Assembly (NCBI GenBank): GCA_041484665.1
Contig: JBGPIA010000002.1
Coordinates: 544,001 to 608,000 of the forward strand
Direction of reading: 5' to 3'
Origin: Candidatus Krumholzibacteriia bacterium
GTDB taxonomy: Bacteria; Krumholzibacteriota; Krumholzibacteriia; JAJRXK01
DNA length: 64,000 nt
Part shown: piece after piece, positions 47,228 to 56,739 of the stretch
How positions within the stretch are numbered: the first letter of the stretch is position 1
How the letters are laid out: the number at the start of each line of letters is the position of its first letter
Made by a program: the position numbers and the translations under genes
The notes under the pieces: model-generated
The model's input: only the letters and a program-made list of their open reading frames with translations
What the model was told of the DNA's origin: nothing
Databases searched by the model: none

Positions 47228-48586
47228 CTACCTCCCACCGCGCCGCTGGCGCGCTTTCGGCCGCGCGGGCTTCGCTCGCGCTCCCGCGGGCGCCGGCCCG
47301 TCGCGGTCGAGGATCGCCTGGAGCATCGGGTGCCGGCCACGCTCGCTCGCACGGCGCGGCCTGCCCGCGCTCTGCTGCGCGCGGGGCCGCTGACCGCCGC
47401 GCCCGCCGCGCGCGCCCGCCAGCCGATCGCGCAGCGGGACCTCCAGGCGCCCTTCCGGCCTCTGCGTGTAATCGAACCCTGGCTGCGTGACACGCGGCAG
47501 GCGCCGCCCGAGCGCGCCCTCGATCGAGCGCAGGTCCGGCTCCTCGTCCGGAGACACGAAGGTGATGGCGTCCCCGGTCGCCTCCGCACGGGCGGTGCGG
47601 CCGACGCGATGGATGTACGCATCGGGGTCGGCCGGGACGTCGAAGTTGACCACGTGCCCGAGCTCCTCGATATCGATCCCGCGGGCGACGATGTCGGTAG
47701 CCACCAGTACCCGGTGGCGTCCAGCCTTGAAGCCGGCGAGCGCCGCCGTGCGCTGGCTCTGGCTCCGGTTGCCGTGGATGCGCGCGGTCTCGACGCCGTG
47801 TCGCTCGAGGTACTCGGCCAGCCGGTTGGCGCGGTGCTTGGTGCGGGTGAACACGATGGCGTCGGCAATCACGTCGCGCTCGAGGAGGTCCAGCAGCAGC
47901 GCCGACTTCAGCTCGCGGGGCACCGGGTAGACCGCGTGCGTGATACCGACGGCGGGGGTGGACTTCCGCTCGATGTTGATCGTCACGGGATCCTTGAGCA
48001 TCTCCCGCGCGAGGCCCAGGATCTCGCGGGGCATGGTCGCGCAGAAGAAGAGCGTCTGCCGCTTCGCGGGGAGCTGACGCAGGATGCGCCGGATGTCCGG
48101 CAGGAAGCCCATGTCGAGCATCCGGTCGGCCTCGTCGAGGACCAGCACCTCCAGTCCGGAGAGGCGCGCGTAGGGACGGCGCAGATGGTCGAGCAGCCGT
48201 CCGGGTGTGGCGACCAGCACGTCCACGCCGCTGCGGAAGGCGTGCTCCTGCGGCGCCATTCCCACTCCGCCGAACACGCTCGCCCCCGTGATCGGCGTGT
48301 GGACCGCCAGCTCCTCCAGATGTGCGTGGATCTGTGCGGCCAGCTCGCGCGTGGGGGTCAGGACCAAGGCGCGCGTCACTCCACGCGGCTTGCGCATCAG
48401 CCGATGCAGGATCGGCAGCACGAATGCGGCCGTCTTCCCGCTGCCGGTCATCGCGCTGGCCAGGATGTCGCGACCTTCCGCGGCGGGCGGGATCGCCTGC
48501 TCCTGGATCGGGGTCGGCCGGGAAAAGCCCAGCTCCTTGACGCCCCGCAGAAGGTCCGCGTGGAGTGGAAAACGTGAGAACGGCAT
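47228..48586 (-). CDS. DEAD-box RNA helicase (RhlE-like)
   Basis: PTPIQ, TGSGKT, PTRELA, TPGRL, DEADRMLDMGF, ARGID, HRVGRTAR. Confidence 0.95.
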   Translation of the reverse strand: MPFSRFPLHADLLRGVKELGFSRPTPIQEQAIPPAAEGRDILASAMTGSGKTAAFVLPILHRLMRKPRGVTRALVLTPTRELAAQIHAHLEELAVHTPITGASVFGGVGMAPQEHAFRSGVDVLVATPGRLLDHLRRPYARLSGLEVLVLDEADRMLDMGFLPDIRRILRQLPAKRQTLFFCATMPREILGLAREMLKDPVTINIERKSTPAVGITHAVYPVPRELKSALLLDLLERDVIADAIVFTRTKHRANRLAEYLERHGVETARIHGNRSQSQRTAALAGFKAGRHRVLVATDIVARGIDIEELGHVVNFDVPADPDAYIHRVGRTARAEATGDAITFVSPDEEPDLRSIEGALGRRLPRVTQPGFDYTQRPEGRLEVPLRDRLAGARGGRGGQRPRAQQSAGRPRRASERGRHPMLQAILDRDGPAPAGARAKPARPKARQRRGGR

Positions 48587-48655
48587 GCCGTCGTCCTTTC
48601 TGGCCAGGACCTGCATGGCGCGCGCCGGCGCGCCGGAAGACCGACGGATCCCGCG

Positions 48656-50350
48656 CTACGCGCGCGCCGGGTGCAGATCCGCAGCCGAGGGCGAAGGCGC
48701 GGCCGCGGCCGGCGGCTCCGGCGGCAAGAGCGGCTGCAGCCAGCGCCGCGGCCGCTGCGTACGCGCCGCGAACCCCAGAGGCGCCAACAGCGCGAGACGC
48801 TCCTCGATGGGCGCCGCGCGCACGGCGTCCCCCGCCTCACGCGCCGCGTACAGCGCCTGCAGCTCCAGGCTCGGATCGAGGTTCCACGCGCCGCCGTCGC
48901 GGTGCTTCTCCCAGACCTCCACCGCCTCGCGCGCCCGCCCGGCAGCGCGCAGAAGCGAGATGCGCAGCTCGACGGCGCCGGCCAGCCCCGGCCAGCGCTC
49001 CAGCAGCACTTCGACGCGGCCCAGCGCGAGCTGCACCTGCCCTCCCGCCGCCAACAGGCGTGCCGACTCGAGCTCCAGCGCCGGCTGCTCGTGGGCGGCA
49101 CCCTGCTCGCTACCCAGCGCGCGCAGGGCGTCGTCCAACTCGCCCCTGCCCGCCAGCACTCGTGCTCGCGCCAGGGCCGCCGCGGGTCCGCCCGGCCCCT
49201 CCGGCAGGCGGGCCAAGAAGCGACGCGCTCGCTCGCGGTCACCATGCTCCAGCGCGAGCGCCACGCCGTCCAGCACCACGTCTTCGTGGACGTCGTGTTC
49301 CAGCAGCTTGGCGAACAGCTCCAGCGCCCCCGCAACGTCGCCCGCGAGCCCGCGCGCGCACGCCTGCAGGTGGCGCGCCGCGGGTGGCGCGTCGGCCTGT
49401 GTGGCCTGGTGGCGGAGCAGGGCCGCGCAGCTCGCGCCGTCGCCCAACAGGAACGAGCACACCGCCAGCCCGTAGTCGGTGAACGGCGACGGCAGGCCCT
49501 CCTGCTTCGCGCGACCGAATGCCACGCGCGCCCAGGCGATCTCCCCGCGCAGCAGGTGCACTGCCCCCAGCAGCGCCCAGGCATCAGCGAAGCGCGGGTT
49601 AACGTCGACGGCCACCTCCAGCTCAGCGCGCGCGGCATCGAACTGGCGCTGCGCGAACAGCACCAGCGCGTGCTTCAGGCGCAGATCTGCGTACTCTGGG
49701 AAGCGCTCCACCAGCGCCGCGAACGCCTCGCGGCTCTCGCGGAACCGCCCGGCGGCGTAGAGCTCCTCCGCCTGCTCGACTCCGCTGGGCTCCTGCGGCG
49801 CCTCGAACAGCAGGCTCCACAGCCGCTCGAAGCAGGGGGGCTGTGGGCCGCAACCCAGCGCGCTGGAGAGCGCCTGCGCTTGCTCGTGCGCCAGGTGCAG
49901 CGCCCGCTCCAGCTCCTCGTTCGCGAGCTCCGCGTCGCCACGTTCCCGCAACACGAGCGACAGCAGCACGTGCGCCCTCAGGAAACCGGGATTCAGCCGC
50001 AACGCGCTCTGGGCCGCGTGGCAGGCCAGGTCGAGCTCGTGCAGCCGCAAGTGGGCGGCCGCCTTGTGGAAGTGCACGTCGGGGTAGCCTGGTTGCTCGG
50101 CAACGGCGGCGTCGAGCAGCCCGAGCGCGTCGCGGTAACGCCCTTGTGCCAGCCGCTGCTCTCCCAGCCGCGCCCAGGCGCCCGCGCGGTAGAAGCGCGC
50201 GAGCGCCGTGTAGGGATCGGTCTGGTCGTGGAGCTCCGCCAGCGCCACGTCGAAGGCGGCGACGGCGTCCTCCCACGAGCCGGCGTTGTAGAGGTGGATC
50301 GCGCGCTCGTAGGAGCGCTTGGCATGCTTGCCGAACAGGCGGAGGACCAT
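48656..50350 (-). CDS. TPR repeat protein immediately downstream of ftsZ
   Basis: Multiple TPR-like repeats (PGYPDVH, PEYADL, PRFADAW); 15-nt gap from ftsZ. Confidence 0.82.
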   Translation of the reverse strand: MVLRLFGKHAKRSYERAIHLYNAGSWEDAVAAFDVALAELHDQTDPYTALARFYRAGAWARLGEQRLAQGRYRDALGLLDAAVAEQPGYPDVHFHKAAAHLRLHELDLACHAAQSALRLNPGFLRAHVLLSLVLRERGDAELANEELERALHLAHEQAQALSSALGCGPQPPCFERLWSLLFEAPQEPSGVEQAEELYAAGRFRESREAFAALVERFPEYADLRLKHALVLFAQRQFDAARAELEVAVDVNPRFADAWALLGAVHLLRGEIAWARVAFGRAKQEGLPSPFTDYGLAVCSFLLGDGASCAALLRHQATQADAPPAARHLQACARGLAGDVAGALELFAKLLEHDVHEDVVLDGVALALEHGDRERARRFLARLPEGPGGPAAALARARVLAGRGELDDALRALGSEQGAAHEQPALELESARLLAAGGQVQLALGRVEVLLERWPGLAGAVELRISLLRAAGRAREAVEVWEKHRDGGAWNLDPSLELQALYAAREAGDAVRAAPIEERLALLAPLGFAARTQRPRRWLQPLLPPEPPAAAAPSPSAADLHPARA

Positions 50351-50365
50351 CGCACCCGTCCCGCG

Positions 50366-51760
50366 TCAGTCGAGCGTGCGCCGGATGAACGTGGGGATGT
50401 CGAGGTCGTCCTGCGGCACCGGCCGGCGCGGCGCGGCCGTCGGCACGCCCAGTCCGGTGTCGCTCAGCAGGCGCGCCAGCGGATCGGCGGCCGGCTGCTC
50501 GTCCGCCGGCAGCACGCGCTCCAGCCGGTCGGCGTGCGCCGCGCGGTCCCCACGCTCCACACGATCCAAGTGCTCGGTGCGGTCGGTGCGGTCGGCAAAG
50601 TCGGTGCGCTCAGCGCGCTCGCCGCGGTCCGCCCGCTCCCCCGAGGCGACGCGCTCGGACACCAGCGCGTCGCCCAACGCCCGGATGGGCTCCACCCTGG
50701 ACGCCGCCCGTTGCCGCAGCATCCCCGCTTCGGCCACCATCGCTGCGGCCGGGCGGGCGGCGAGATCGGCGGGGCGGATGACGCGCGCGGTCTCCTCGCG
50801 GGAGGTGCCGAAGCCCGTGGCGATGACGGTCACGCGCAGCTCGTCGCCCGCCCGCGGATCGACCACCGCGCCGAAGATGATGTTGGCATCGGCGCCCACC
50901 GCCTCCTGCACGATGGAGACGGCCTCGCTCACCTCGTGCAGAGTCATGTCTTGGTTGCCGGTGATGTTCACAAGCACGCCCTTGGCGCCGCGCACGTCCA
51001 CGTCCTCCAGGAGCGGGCTGGCGATCGCGGCGTGGGCGGCTTGGGTCGCCCGCTTCTCGCCCTTGGCGGTTCCGGCGCCCATGATGGCGTCGCCCATCCC
51101 TGCCATGATGCTGCGCACATCGGCGAAGTCGAGATTGACCAGCCCAGGGACGGTGATCAGGTCGCTGATGCCCTTGGTGGCATGGTAGAGCACCGTGTCG
51201 GCGACGCGGAACGCGTCCAGCAGTGGCGTGTTCGCCGGGACGACCTTCAGCAGCCGGTCGTTGGGGATGGCGATGAGCGTGTCGACTTCGCTCTTGAGCT
51301 GCTGGAGCCCGTCGGCGGCCTGCGCGCCGCGGCGCCGGCCCTCGAAGATGAACGGCGTGGTCACGATGCCCACGACCAACGAGCCCAGCTCGCGCGCGAT
51401 GCGCGCGACGGTCGGTGCGGCGCCGGTGCCCGTGCCGCCGCCCATGCCCGCCGTCACGAAAACCATATCAGCGCCCGCCAACGCCTCCGCCACGGCGGCG
51501 TGGTCCTCCTCCACTGCCTTGGCGCCCACGCGCGGATCGCCCCCCGAGCCCAGCCCGCGCGTGACCTTCCCACCGATCTGCACCTTGGTCGTCGCAACGC
51601 TCTCGCGCAGGGCCTGGGCGTCGGTGTTGATGGCCACGAACTCGACTCCCGGTAGCCCCGAGGAGACCATGCCGTTCACTGCGTTGCCCCCGGCCCCACC
51701 GACGCCCACCACGCGAATCTGGGCCTGCACGGTGAATTCCTCTTCGAACTGGAACATCAT
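50366..51760 (-). CDS. ftsZ: Cell division protein FtsZ
   Basis: GGAGGNAV, GMGGGTGTG, NLDFADV, C-terminal 'DLDIPTFIRR'. Confidence 0.98.
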   Translation of the reverse strand: MMFQFEEEFTVQAQIRVVGVGGAGGNAVNGMVSSGLPGVEFVAINTDAQALRESVATTKVQIGGKVTRGLGSGGDPRVGAKAVEEDHAAVAEALAGADMVFVTAGMGGGTGTGAAPTVARIARELGSLVVGIVTTPFIFEGRRRGAQAADGLQQLKSEVDTLIAIPNDRLLKVVPANTPLLDAFRVADTVLYHATKGISDLITVPGLVNLDFADVRSIMAGMGDAIMGAGTAKGEKRATQAAHAAIASPLLEDVDVRGAKGVLVNITGNQDMTLHEVSEAVSIVQEAVGADANIIFGAVVDPRAGDELRVTVIATGFGTSREETARVIRPADLAARPAAAMVAEAGMLRQRAASRVEPIRALGDALVSERVASGERADRGERAERTDFADRTDRTEHLDRVERGDRAAHADRLERVLPADEQPAADPLARLLSDTGLGVPTAAPRRPVPQDDLDIPTFIRRTLD

Positions 51761-51846
51761 CCCCTTGCCCTCCCGGTCGGAGCTTGAAGTGTGCCGGCCA
51801 CCGCGTGGTGGCCGGTTGGGGCCGCCGGCTCGCGGGGTCGCCGGCA

Positions 51847-53049
51847 TCACGTGATCCTCTCGAACCAGCGCTTCACGTTGCGCACCAGTCCGCCGCCGAC
51901 CGCCTCATGCGCCTTGCCCGGCGCCGCCCGGTCGCAGTCGACGGTGAACTTGACGAGCCCCACGGCCGTGGCCCAGCTGTCGGGTTCGTCTCCCTGGTCG
52001 TCGCGGGCCACGCGCCGCTCGACGGCGCGCAGCGAGAACACCTGCTCGACCAGCTCGGCCGTAGCAGCCAGCCGCGCGCCGCCTCCGGTCAGGATCACTC
52101 CCGACTGAAGCGTGGGGCGCATCACGCCCCACTGCAGGCCTTGGCCGACCATCTCCAGGATCTCCTGCTGCCGCGCCTCGCAGATCGCCGCGATCTCCGC
52201 GCGCAGCTCCGGGGGCGGCGCGTCGCCGCGCACCGGGCCGGTGATGGCTCGGCAGCGCAGCGCGACGCCAAAGGCTCGCTTCGAGCGCTCGGCAACGTCG
52301 AGATCGACGCTGAGGCCATAGGCCAGATCCCGCGTGACGAAATTGCCGCCGAGGGGTACCACGCCACTCTGGCGCAGGCGACCCCTCTTGAACAACGCAT
52401 AGTGCGTCACCTCGCCGCCGATGTCGATGAGAAGACAGCCGTTTTCCCGCTCCGCATCGGTCACAACGGCCCAACTGGTGGCGCACGCTCCGAAGACCAG
52501 CAGGTCCGGCTTGGTGCCGGCCATCTGGAGCGCGCGATCCAGCGATCCGACCGCCGCCTGCGAGCCGGTCACCACGTGGGCGTCCAGCTCCAGTCGCGAG
52601 CCGATCATCCCCAGCGGGTTGGTCAGGCCGCGCTGCGCGTCGAGGGTGTACTCCACGGGCAGGCAGTGCAGGATCACTTGATCGAAGGGGATCCCCATGG
52701 ACTGCGCCCGCATCTGTGCCACTTCGAGGTGGCGGGCGCGTACCTTGCCGCCATTCTCCAACGGGATGCAACTGTGCGCGGAGAGACTGCGCACGTGGTC
52801 TCCGTTGACCGACACCGCGAGGAAATCGGGCGGGATCTCCGCCTCGCGGCGGGCGCGCTCCAGCACGCGGGCAATGGCATCCGCCGCCGCGGGCAGGTCG
52901 GAGATGTTGCTGCGGGTGAGCCCTTGTGCCGGGAGGGAGGCGTGGCCGAGAACGGTCACGCCTCCTCTCCCGTCCGGCTCGGCTACCACAGCTCGAAACC
53001 GTGTGCTTCCCAAATCGATGGCTGCCAGGACCGGAATGTCCTCCACCAT
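51847..53049 (-). CDS. ftsA: Cell division protein FtsA
   Basis: 'IDLGS', 'NPLGMIGSRLELDAHVVT', 'IDIGGEVT', 'LTGGGA', amphipathic C-terminus 'VKRWFERIT'. Confidence 0.95.
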   Translation of the reverse strand: MVEDIPVLAAIDLGSTRFRAVVAEPDGRGGVTVLGHASLPAQGLTRSNISDLPAAADAIARVLERARREAEIPPDFLAVSVNGDHVRSLSAHSCIPLENGGKVRARHLEVAQMRAQSMGIPFDQVILHCLPVEYTLDAQRGLTNPLGMIGSRLELDAHVVTGSQAAVGSLDRALQMAGTKPDLLVFGACATSWAVVTDAERENGCLLIDIGGEVTHYALFKRGRLRQSGVVPLGGNFVTRDLAYGLSVDLDVAERSKRAFGVALRCRAITGPVRGDAPPPELRAEIAAICEARQQEILEMVGQGLQWGVMRPTLQSGVILTGGGARLAATAELVEQVFSLRAVERRVARDDQGDEPDSWATAVGLVKFTVDCDRAAPGKAHEAVGGGLVRNVKRWFERIT

Positions 53050-53051
53050 GC

Positions 53052-54137
53052 TCAACCTCCGGCGCGGATGCTCGGGTGACCGTCCTGCGCGATCGGACGA
53101 CCCTGCGCGGCCGCCCGCCGCGCATCGGAGACGGCGCGTCGTCCGGCGGGCGCGTGGCCGGCGGTCTTGCGCGCTGCCGGCGAGACCGCTGCGCCGTCGG
53201 CGCCCGCGTCCGCGCCAGTGCTGTCGGGCGGCGCTTGCAGGACGATCTGGCGCTCGAACCGCAAGTCGATCCGATCGCCGGGACCTGGCCGCAGATGCTC
53301 GGCCGCCGCCCCGAAGGCGCGCAGGCGCTTCTCGAAGCCCTCTCGCCCGAGCACCAGCAGGGCTCCTCCGCCGGTCACCAGCTCCACCCCCCCCTGGGCG
53401 TCGAGATCGACGCGGCGCAGCCCCTCCGGCCAGATCCACGGCACCCGGTCCAGGGCCGCGCAGAGACGCCGCACCGCCTCCGACGCTTCCCTGGTCAGCG
53501 GTCCATCCGGTGCCACGCGTGGGGCGGCGAGCTCCGGAAGGGACCCCAGTTGCAAGCCATCGCGCGGCGGGAGCCACGCGCCCGCGGCATCCACGGACCC
53601 CTGCCCCGCGGCGAGCACGAAGATGGGCTGAGCCTCCTCGAGTGCGACGTGCAGGCGATCGGGCAGGCGCCGCCCGATCTTCACGCCGGCGATCCACGGG
53701 TCGCGGCGCAGGGCTTCCTCCAGAGCGTCCACGTCCACGGCCAGCAGCGGCATGCCAAACGCCCGGCCCAGCTCCCGGCGCAGCACCGCGGAGTCGGTCA
53801 CCTGGGCGCCGACCACCTCGACCTCCCGCACGCGCAACCCGCTTCCCGTGAGCCAGCCCAGCCCGGCCAGCGCCACCACCGCGGTGGCCGACGCCAGCAC
53901 GAGCCCGCCGGGGGGGCGCGCCGAGCTCCAGTCTGGTCCCCGGCCCTTCACCGCACGCCGGGCGCGCCCACCCCCTGACACCGTCGTGCCGTCCCCCATC
54001 GACGCGGTCGACCAGGGCGGCAACGCGCGCGCGGGCGCTGTGAGGTGCCCGCTGTCTCCGCGCAGCGACCGCACCCACGCGGCGCCAGCGCGGGCAAAGA
54101 TCCCCTGGTGGCGGCGGGTCGCTCGCCTGGCGTTCAC
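53052..54137 (-). CDS. ftsQ: Cell division protein FtsQ/DivIB
   Basis: Single TM, POTRA 'DPWIAGVKIGRRLPDRLHVALEE', 'IDLRFERQIV'; position in the dcw cluster. Confidence 0.88.
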   Translation of the reverse strand: MNARRATRRHQGIFARAGAAWVRSLRGDSGHLTAPARALPPWSTASMGDGTTVSGGGRARRAVKGRGPDWSSARPPGGLVLASATAVVALAGLGWLTGSGLRVREVEVVGAQVTDSAVLRRELGRAFGMPLLAVDVDALEEALRRDPWIAGVKIGRRLPDRLHVALEEAQPIFVLAAGQGSVDAAGAWLPPRDGLQLGSLPELAAPRVAPDGPLTREASEAVRRLCAALDRVPWIWPEGLRRVDLDAQGGVELVTGGGALLVLGREGFEKRLRAFGAAAEHLRPGPGDRIDLRFERQIVLQAPPDSTGADAGADGAAVSPAARKTAGHAPAGRRAVSDARRAAAQGRPIAQDGHPSIRAGG

Positions 54138-55573
54138 GATCCGCTCCCCGCGCGCTCCTCCAGCGCGGCCACCAGCCGGTCCGCCAGGCGCGTGATGTCC
54201 CCGGCGCCCTGCGTCAGCCAGAGATCGCCGGGCCGCGCCTCCTGTTTCGCCCACTGCAGCGCCTCGTCAAGGTCGCGCAGCGAGTGGACGTCCACGCCGT
54301 GCACCTGCCGCAGCCGGGCGCTGATCAACTCGCTGCTCACCCCCACGATCTCCGGCTCGCTAGCCGCGTAGACCGGCAGCAGCCCGACACGGTCGGCGGC
54401 CGCGAGCACGTCGGCGAACTCCTCGTGGTGATCGCGCGTGCGCGTGTAGCGGTGGGGCTGGAAGATGACCACCAGCCGGCGCGGGAACGCCTCGCGCAGC
54501 GCCTGCAGCGTCACCCGCAGCTCCGTGGGGTGGTGGCCGTAGTCGTCGACCACCATCACCCCGCCCGCCTCGCCCTTGATCTCCAGGCGGCGCCCGACGC
54601 CGGCGAAGCCGGCCAGGGCAAGGGCGATGGCGTCGTAGGCGAGGCCGACCTCCAGGCCGCAGGCCACCGCAGCGGCGGCGTTGAGGGCGTTGTGGCGCCC
54701 GAACAGCGGGATGTGGCAGGGCCCCAGCTCCCGGCCGCCGTGCCACATGCGCAGCTCCATCCCGCGGGCGTCGGCGCGCTCCACGGCCACGCGCAGGTCG
54801 CAGGCCTCGTGGGTACCGTACGTGAACGCCGGCCAGCGCAGGCGCGGCAGCAGGCGCGTGAGCTGTGCGTCGTCGGCGCAGGCGATCACCTTGCCATAGA
54901 AGGGCACGCGATTCATGAAATCCACGAACGCCGTGCGGATCGCGTCCATGTCCTTGTAGTGATCGAGGTGCTCGCGATCGACGTTGGTGACGATGGCGAT
55001 GGTGGGTGTCAGGCGCAGGAACGTGCCGTCGCTCTCGTCCGCCTCCGCCACCAGGTAGTGGCCCTGGCCCAGCACCGCGGCCGTGCCCAGGGCCAGCAGG
55101 CGTCCGCCCACGATCACGGTGGGATCCAGGCCACCGCCGCGAAGCGCCGTGGCCACCAGGCTGGTGGTGGTCGTCTTCCCGTGCGCGCCGGCGATGGCGA
55201 TGCCGTGCTTGAGGCGCATGAGCTCGGCCAGCATCTCGGCACGGCGGATCACCGGGATTCCGCGACGCTGGGCCTCGAGCAGCTCGGGGTTGTCCTTGGT
55301 CACGGCCGAGCTGTAGACGACCACGTCCGCCTCGCCCACATTGCCGGCGGCATGGCCCTCGCGGATCGAGGCACCCAGCTCCCGCAGCCGGCGCGACATC
55401 ACGTTTTCCTTGAGGTCGCTGCCGCTCACCTCGAAGCCCAGGTGGAGCAGAACCTCTGCGATGCCGCTCATACCGATCCCGCCCACGCCCACGAAGTGCA
55501 CGCGACGGGTGTGCCGGAACGCGCCCGCGCGCTCCCCCGGCTTGACGAACAGTCCGCGGTCGGTCCAGGTCAT
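54134..55573 (-). CDS. murC: UDP-N-acetylmuramate--L-alanine ligase
   Basis: 'HFVGVGGIGMSGIA', 'GAHGKTTTT', 'EADESD', 'DDYGHHPTE'. Confidence 0.98.
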   Translation of the reverse strand: MTWTDRGLFVKPGERAGAFRHTRRVHFVGVGGIGMSGIAEVLLHLGFEVSGSDLKENVMSRRLRELGASIREGHAAGNVGEADVVVYSSAVTKDNPELLEAQRRGIPVIRRAEMLAELMRLKHGIAIAGAHGKTTTTSLVATALRGGGLDPTVIVGGRLLALGTAAVLGQGHYLVAEADESDGTFLRLTPTIAIVTNVDREHLDHYKDMDAIRTAFVDFMNRVPFYGKVIACADDAQLTRLLPRLRWPAFTYGTHEACDLRVAVERADARGMELRMWHGGRELGPCHIPLFGRHNALNAAAAVACGLEVGLAYDAIALALAGFAGVGRRLEIKGEAGGVMVVDDYGHHPTELRVTLQALREAFPRRLVVIFQPHRYTRTRDHHEEFADVLAAADRVGLLPVYAASEPEIVGVSSELISARLRQVHGVDVHSLRDLDEALQWAKQEARPGDLWLTQGAGDITRLADRLVAALEERAGSGS

Positions 55574-56739
55574 CGCGTCCTCTGCGTCGTGTTGCGGGTG
55601 GCGCGCTCGGCCAACGCCGCCGCCAGTTGCTGTGCGCCATCCTGCTCGCCGGCAAGCTGTCGTGCGCGGTGAGCCATCTGCTCCAGCACTGCCGGGTCGC
55701 CCTCCAACTGCTGCAGCAGCTCCGCCAGGGCCGTCCCATCCATCTGCGCGTCGGGCACGACGCGCGCCGCTCCGGCGGCAGCCACGGCCTGCGCGTTGCG
55801 GGTCTGGTGATCGTCGGTGGCGTGGGGGAACGGCACGAGGATCGCCGGCTTGCCCAGGGCCGCCAGCTCGGCCAGCGTCAGCGCCCCCGCGCGGCACACC
55901 ACGAGGTCGGCGATGCGGTAGGCCTGGTCCATGCGGTCGATGTACGCAAGCACGCAGGCACGTGACGGCGCGCCGGGCGGTGCTCCGGCGGCGCCGGACT
56001 GCGCGGCGCCGACGGCCCGGCGGACGGCGTCGGCCTCCTCCCCGCCCGTTTGCGCCAGCAATTGCCAGCGCGTCGCCTGCGCGATGCGCGGCCATCCTTC
56101 GCGCACAGCACGATTGAGACTGCGGGCGCCGCGGCTCCCGCCGAACACGAGCACCGTGGGCACGCCGGGATGCAGCCCGAAGGCCGTGTAGTCCTGTGCG
56201 GTCGAAGGCTGTCCCGCGCTGCGCAGGATGCTCGAGCGCACCGGGTTGGGCAGGCGCTCCACGGCGTGCGCACGAGCGAACGCGCCGCGCGCCTCTTCGA
56301 AGGCGACGTAGATGCGCTCGGCGAAGCGCGCCAGCACGCGATTGGTGGAGCCGGGGACCGCGTTCTGCTCCTGGATCCACACCGGGCGGCGCAATGCCGC
56401 CGCGGCAACGGCCGGAGCCGCGCTGGCATACCCGCCAGTCGCCAGCACGACGTCCGGCCGCGTCCGCAGAATCAACACGATCGATCCCACCAGCCCAGCG
56501 GCGAAGGTGACGCAGAAGCGCACCGCGCCCAACACGCCACCGCCGCGCAGGCCCGCTGCGGGCAGGCGCGTGAGCGGGAAGCCGGCCGCTGGCACCAGCC
56601 GCCCCTCGATGCCGCGCCGGCCCCCCACGAAGTGGATGCGTGCCTGCGGGCAGCGCGCCGACAGCGCCTCGGCCACGGCCAGCGCCGGGTAGACGTGCCC
56701 GCCCGTCCCACCGGCTGCGAACAGGAAGCTGCCGATCAC
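55570..56739 (-). CDS. murG: Lipid II GlcNAc transferase
   Basis: 'GGTGGHVYPA', 'GGYAS', 'EQN', 'GGSRGA', 'RAGALT', 'DHQTRNA'. Confidence 0.97.
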   Translation of the reverse strand: MIGSFLFAAGGTGGHVYPALAVAEALSARCPQARIHFVGGRRGIEGRLVPAAGFPLTRLPAAGLRGGGVLGAVRFCVTFAAGLVGSIVLILRTRPDVVLATGGYASAAPAVAAAALRRPVWIQEQNAVPGSTNRVLARFAERIYVAFEEARGAFARAHAVERLPNPVRSSILRSAGQPSTAQDYTAFGLHPGVPTVLVFGGSRGARSLNRAVREGWPRIAQATRWQLLAQTGGEEADAVRRAVGAAQSGAAGAPPGAPSRACVLAYIDRMDQAYRIADLVVCRAGALTLAELAALGKPAILVPFPHATDDHQTRNAQAVAAAGAARVVPDAQMDGTALAELLQQLEGDPAVLEQMAHRARQLAGEQDGAQQLAAALAERATRNTTQRTR

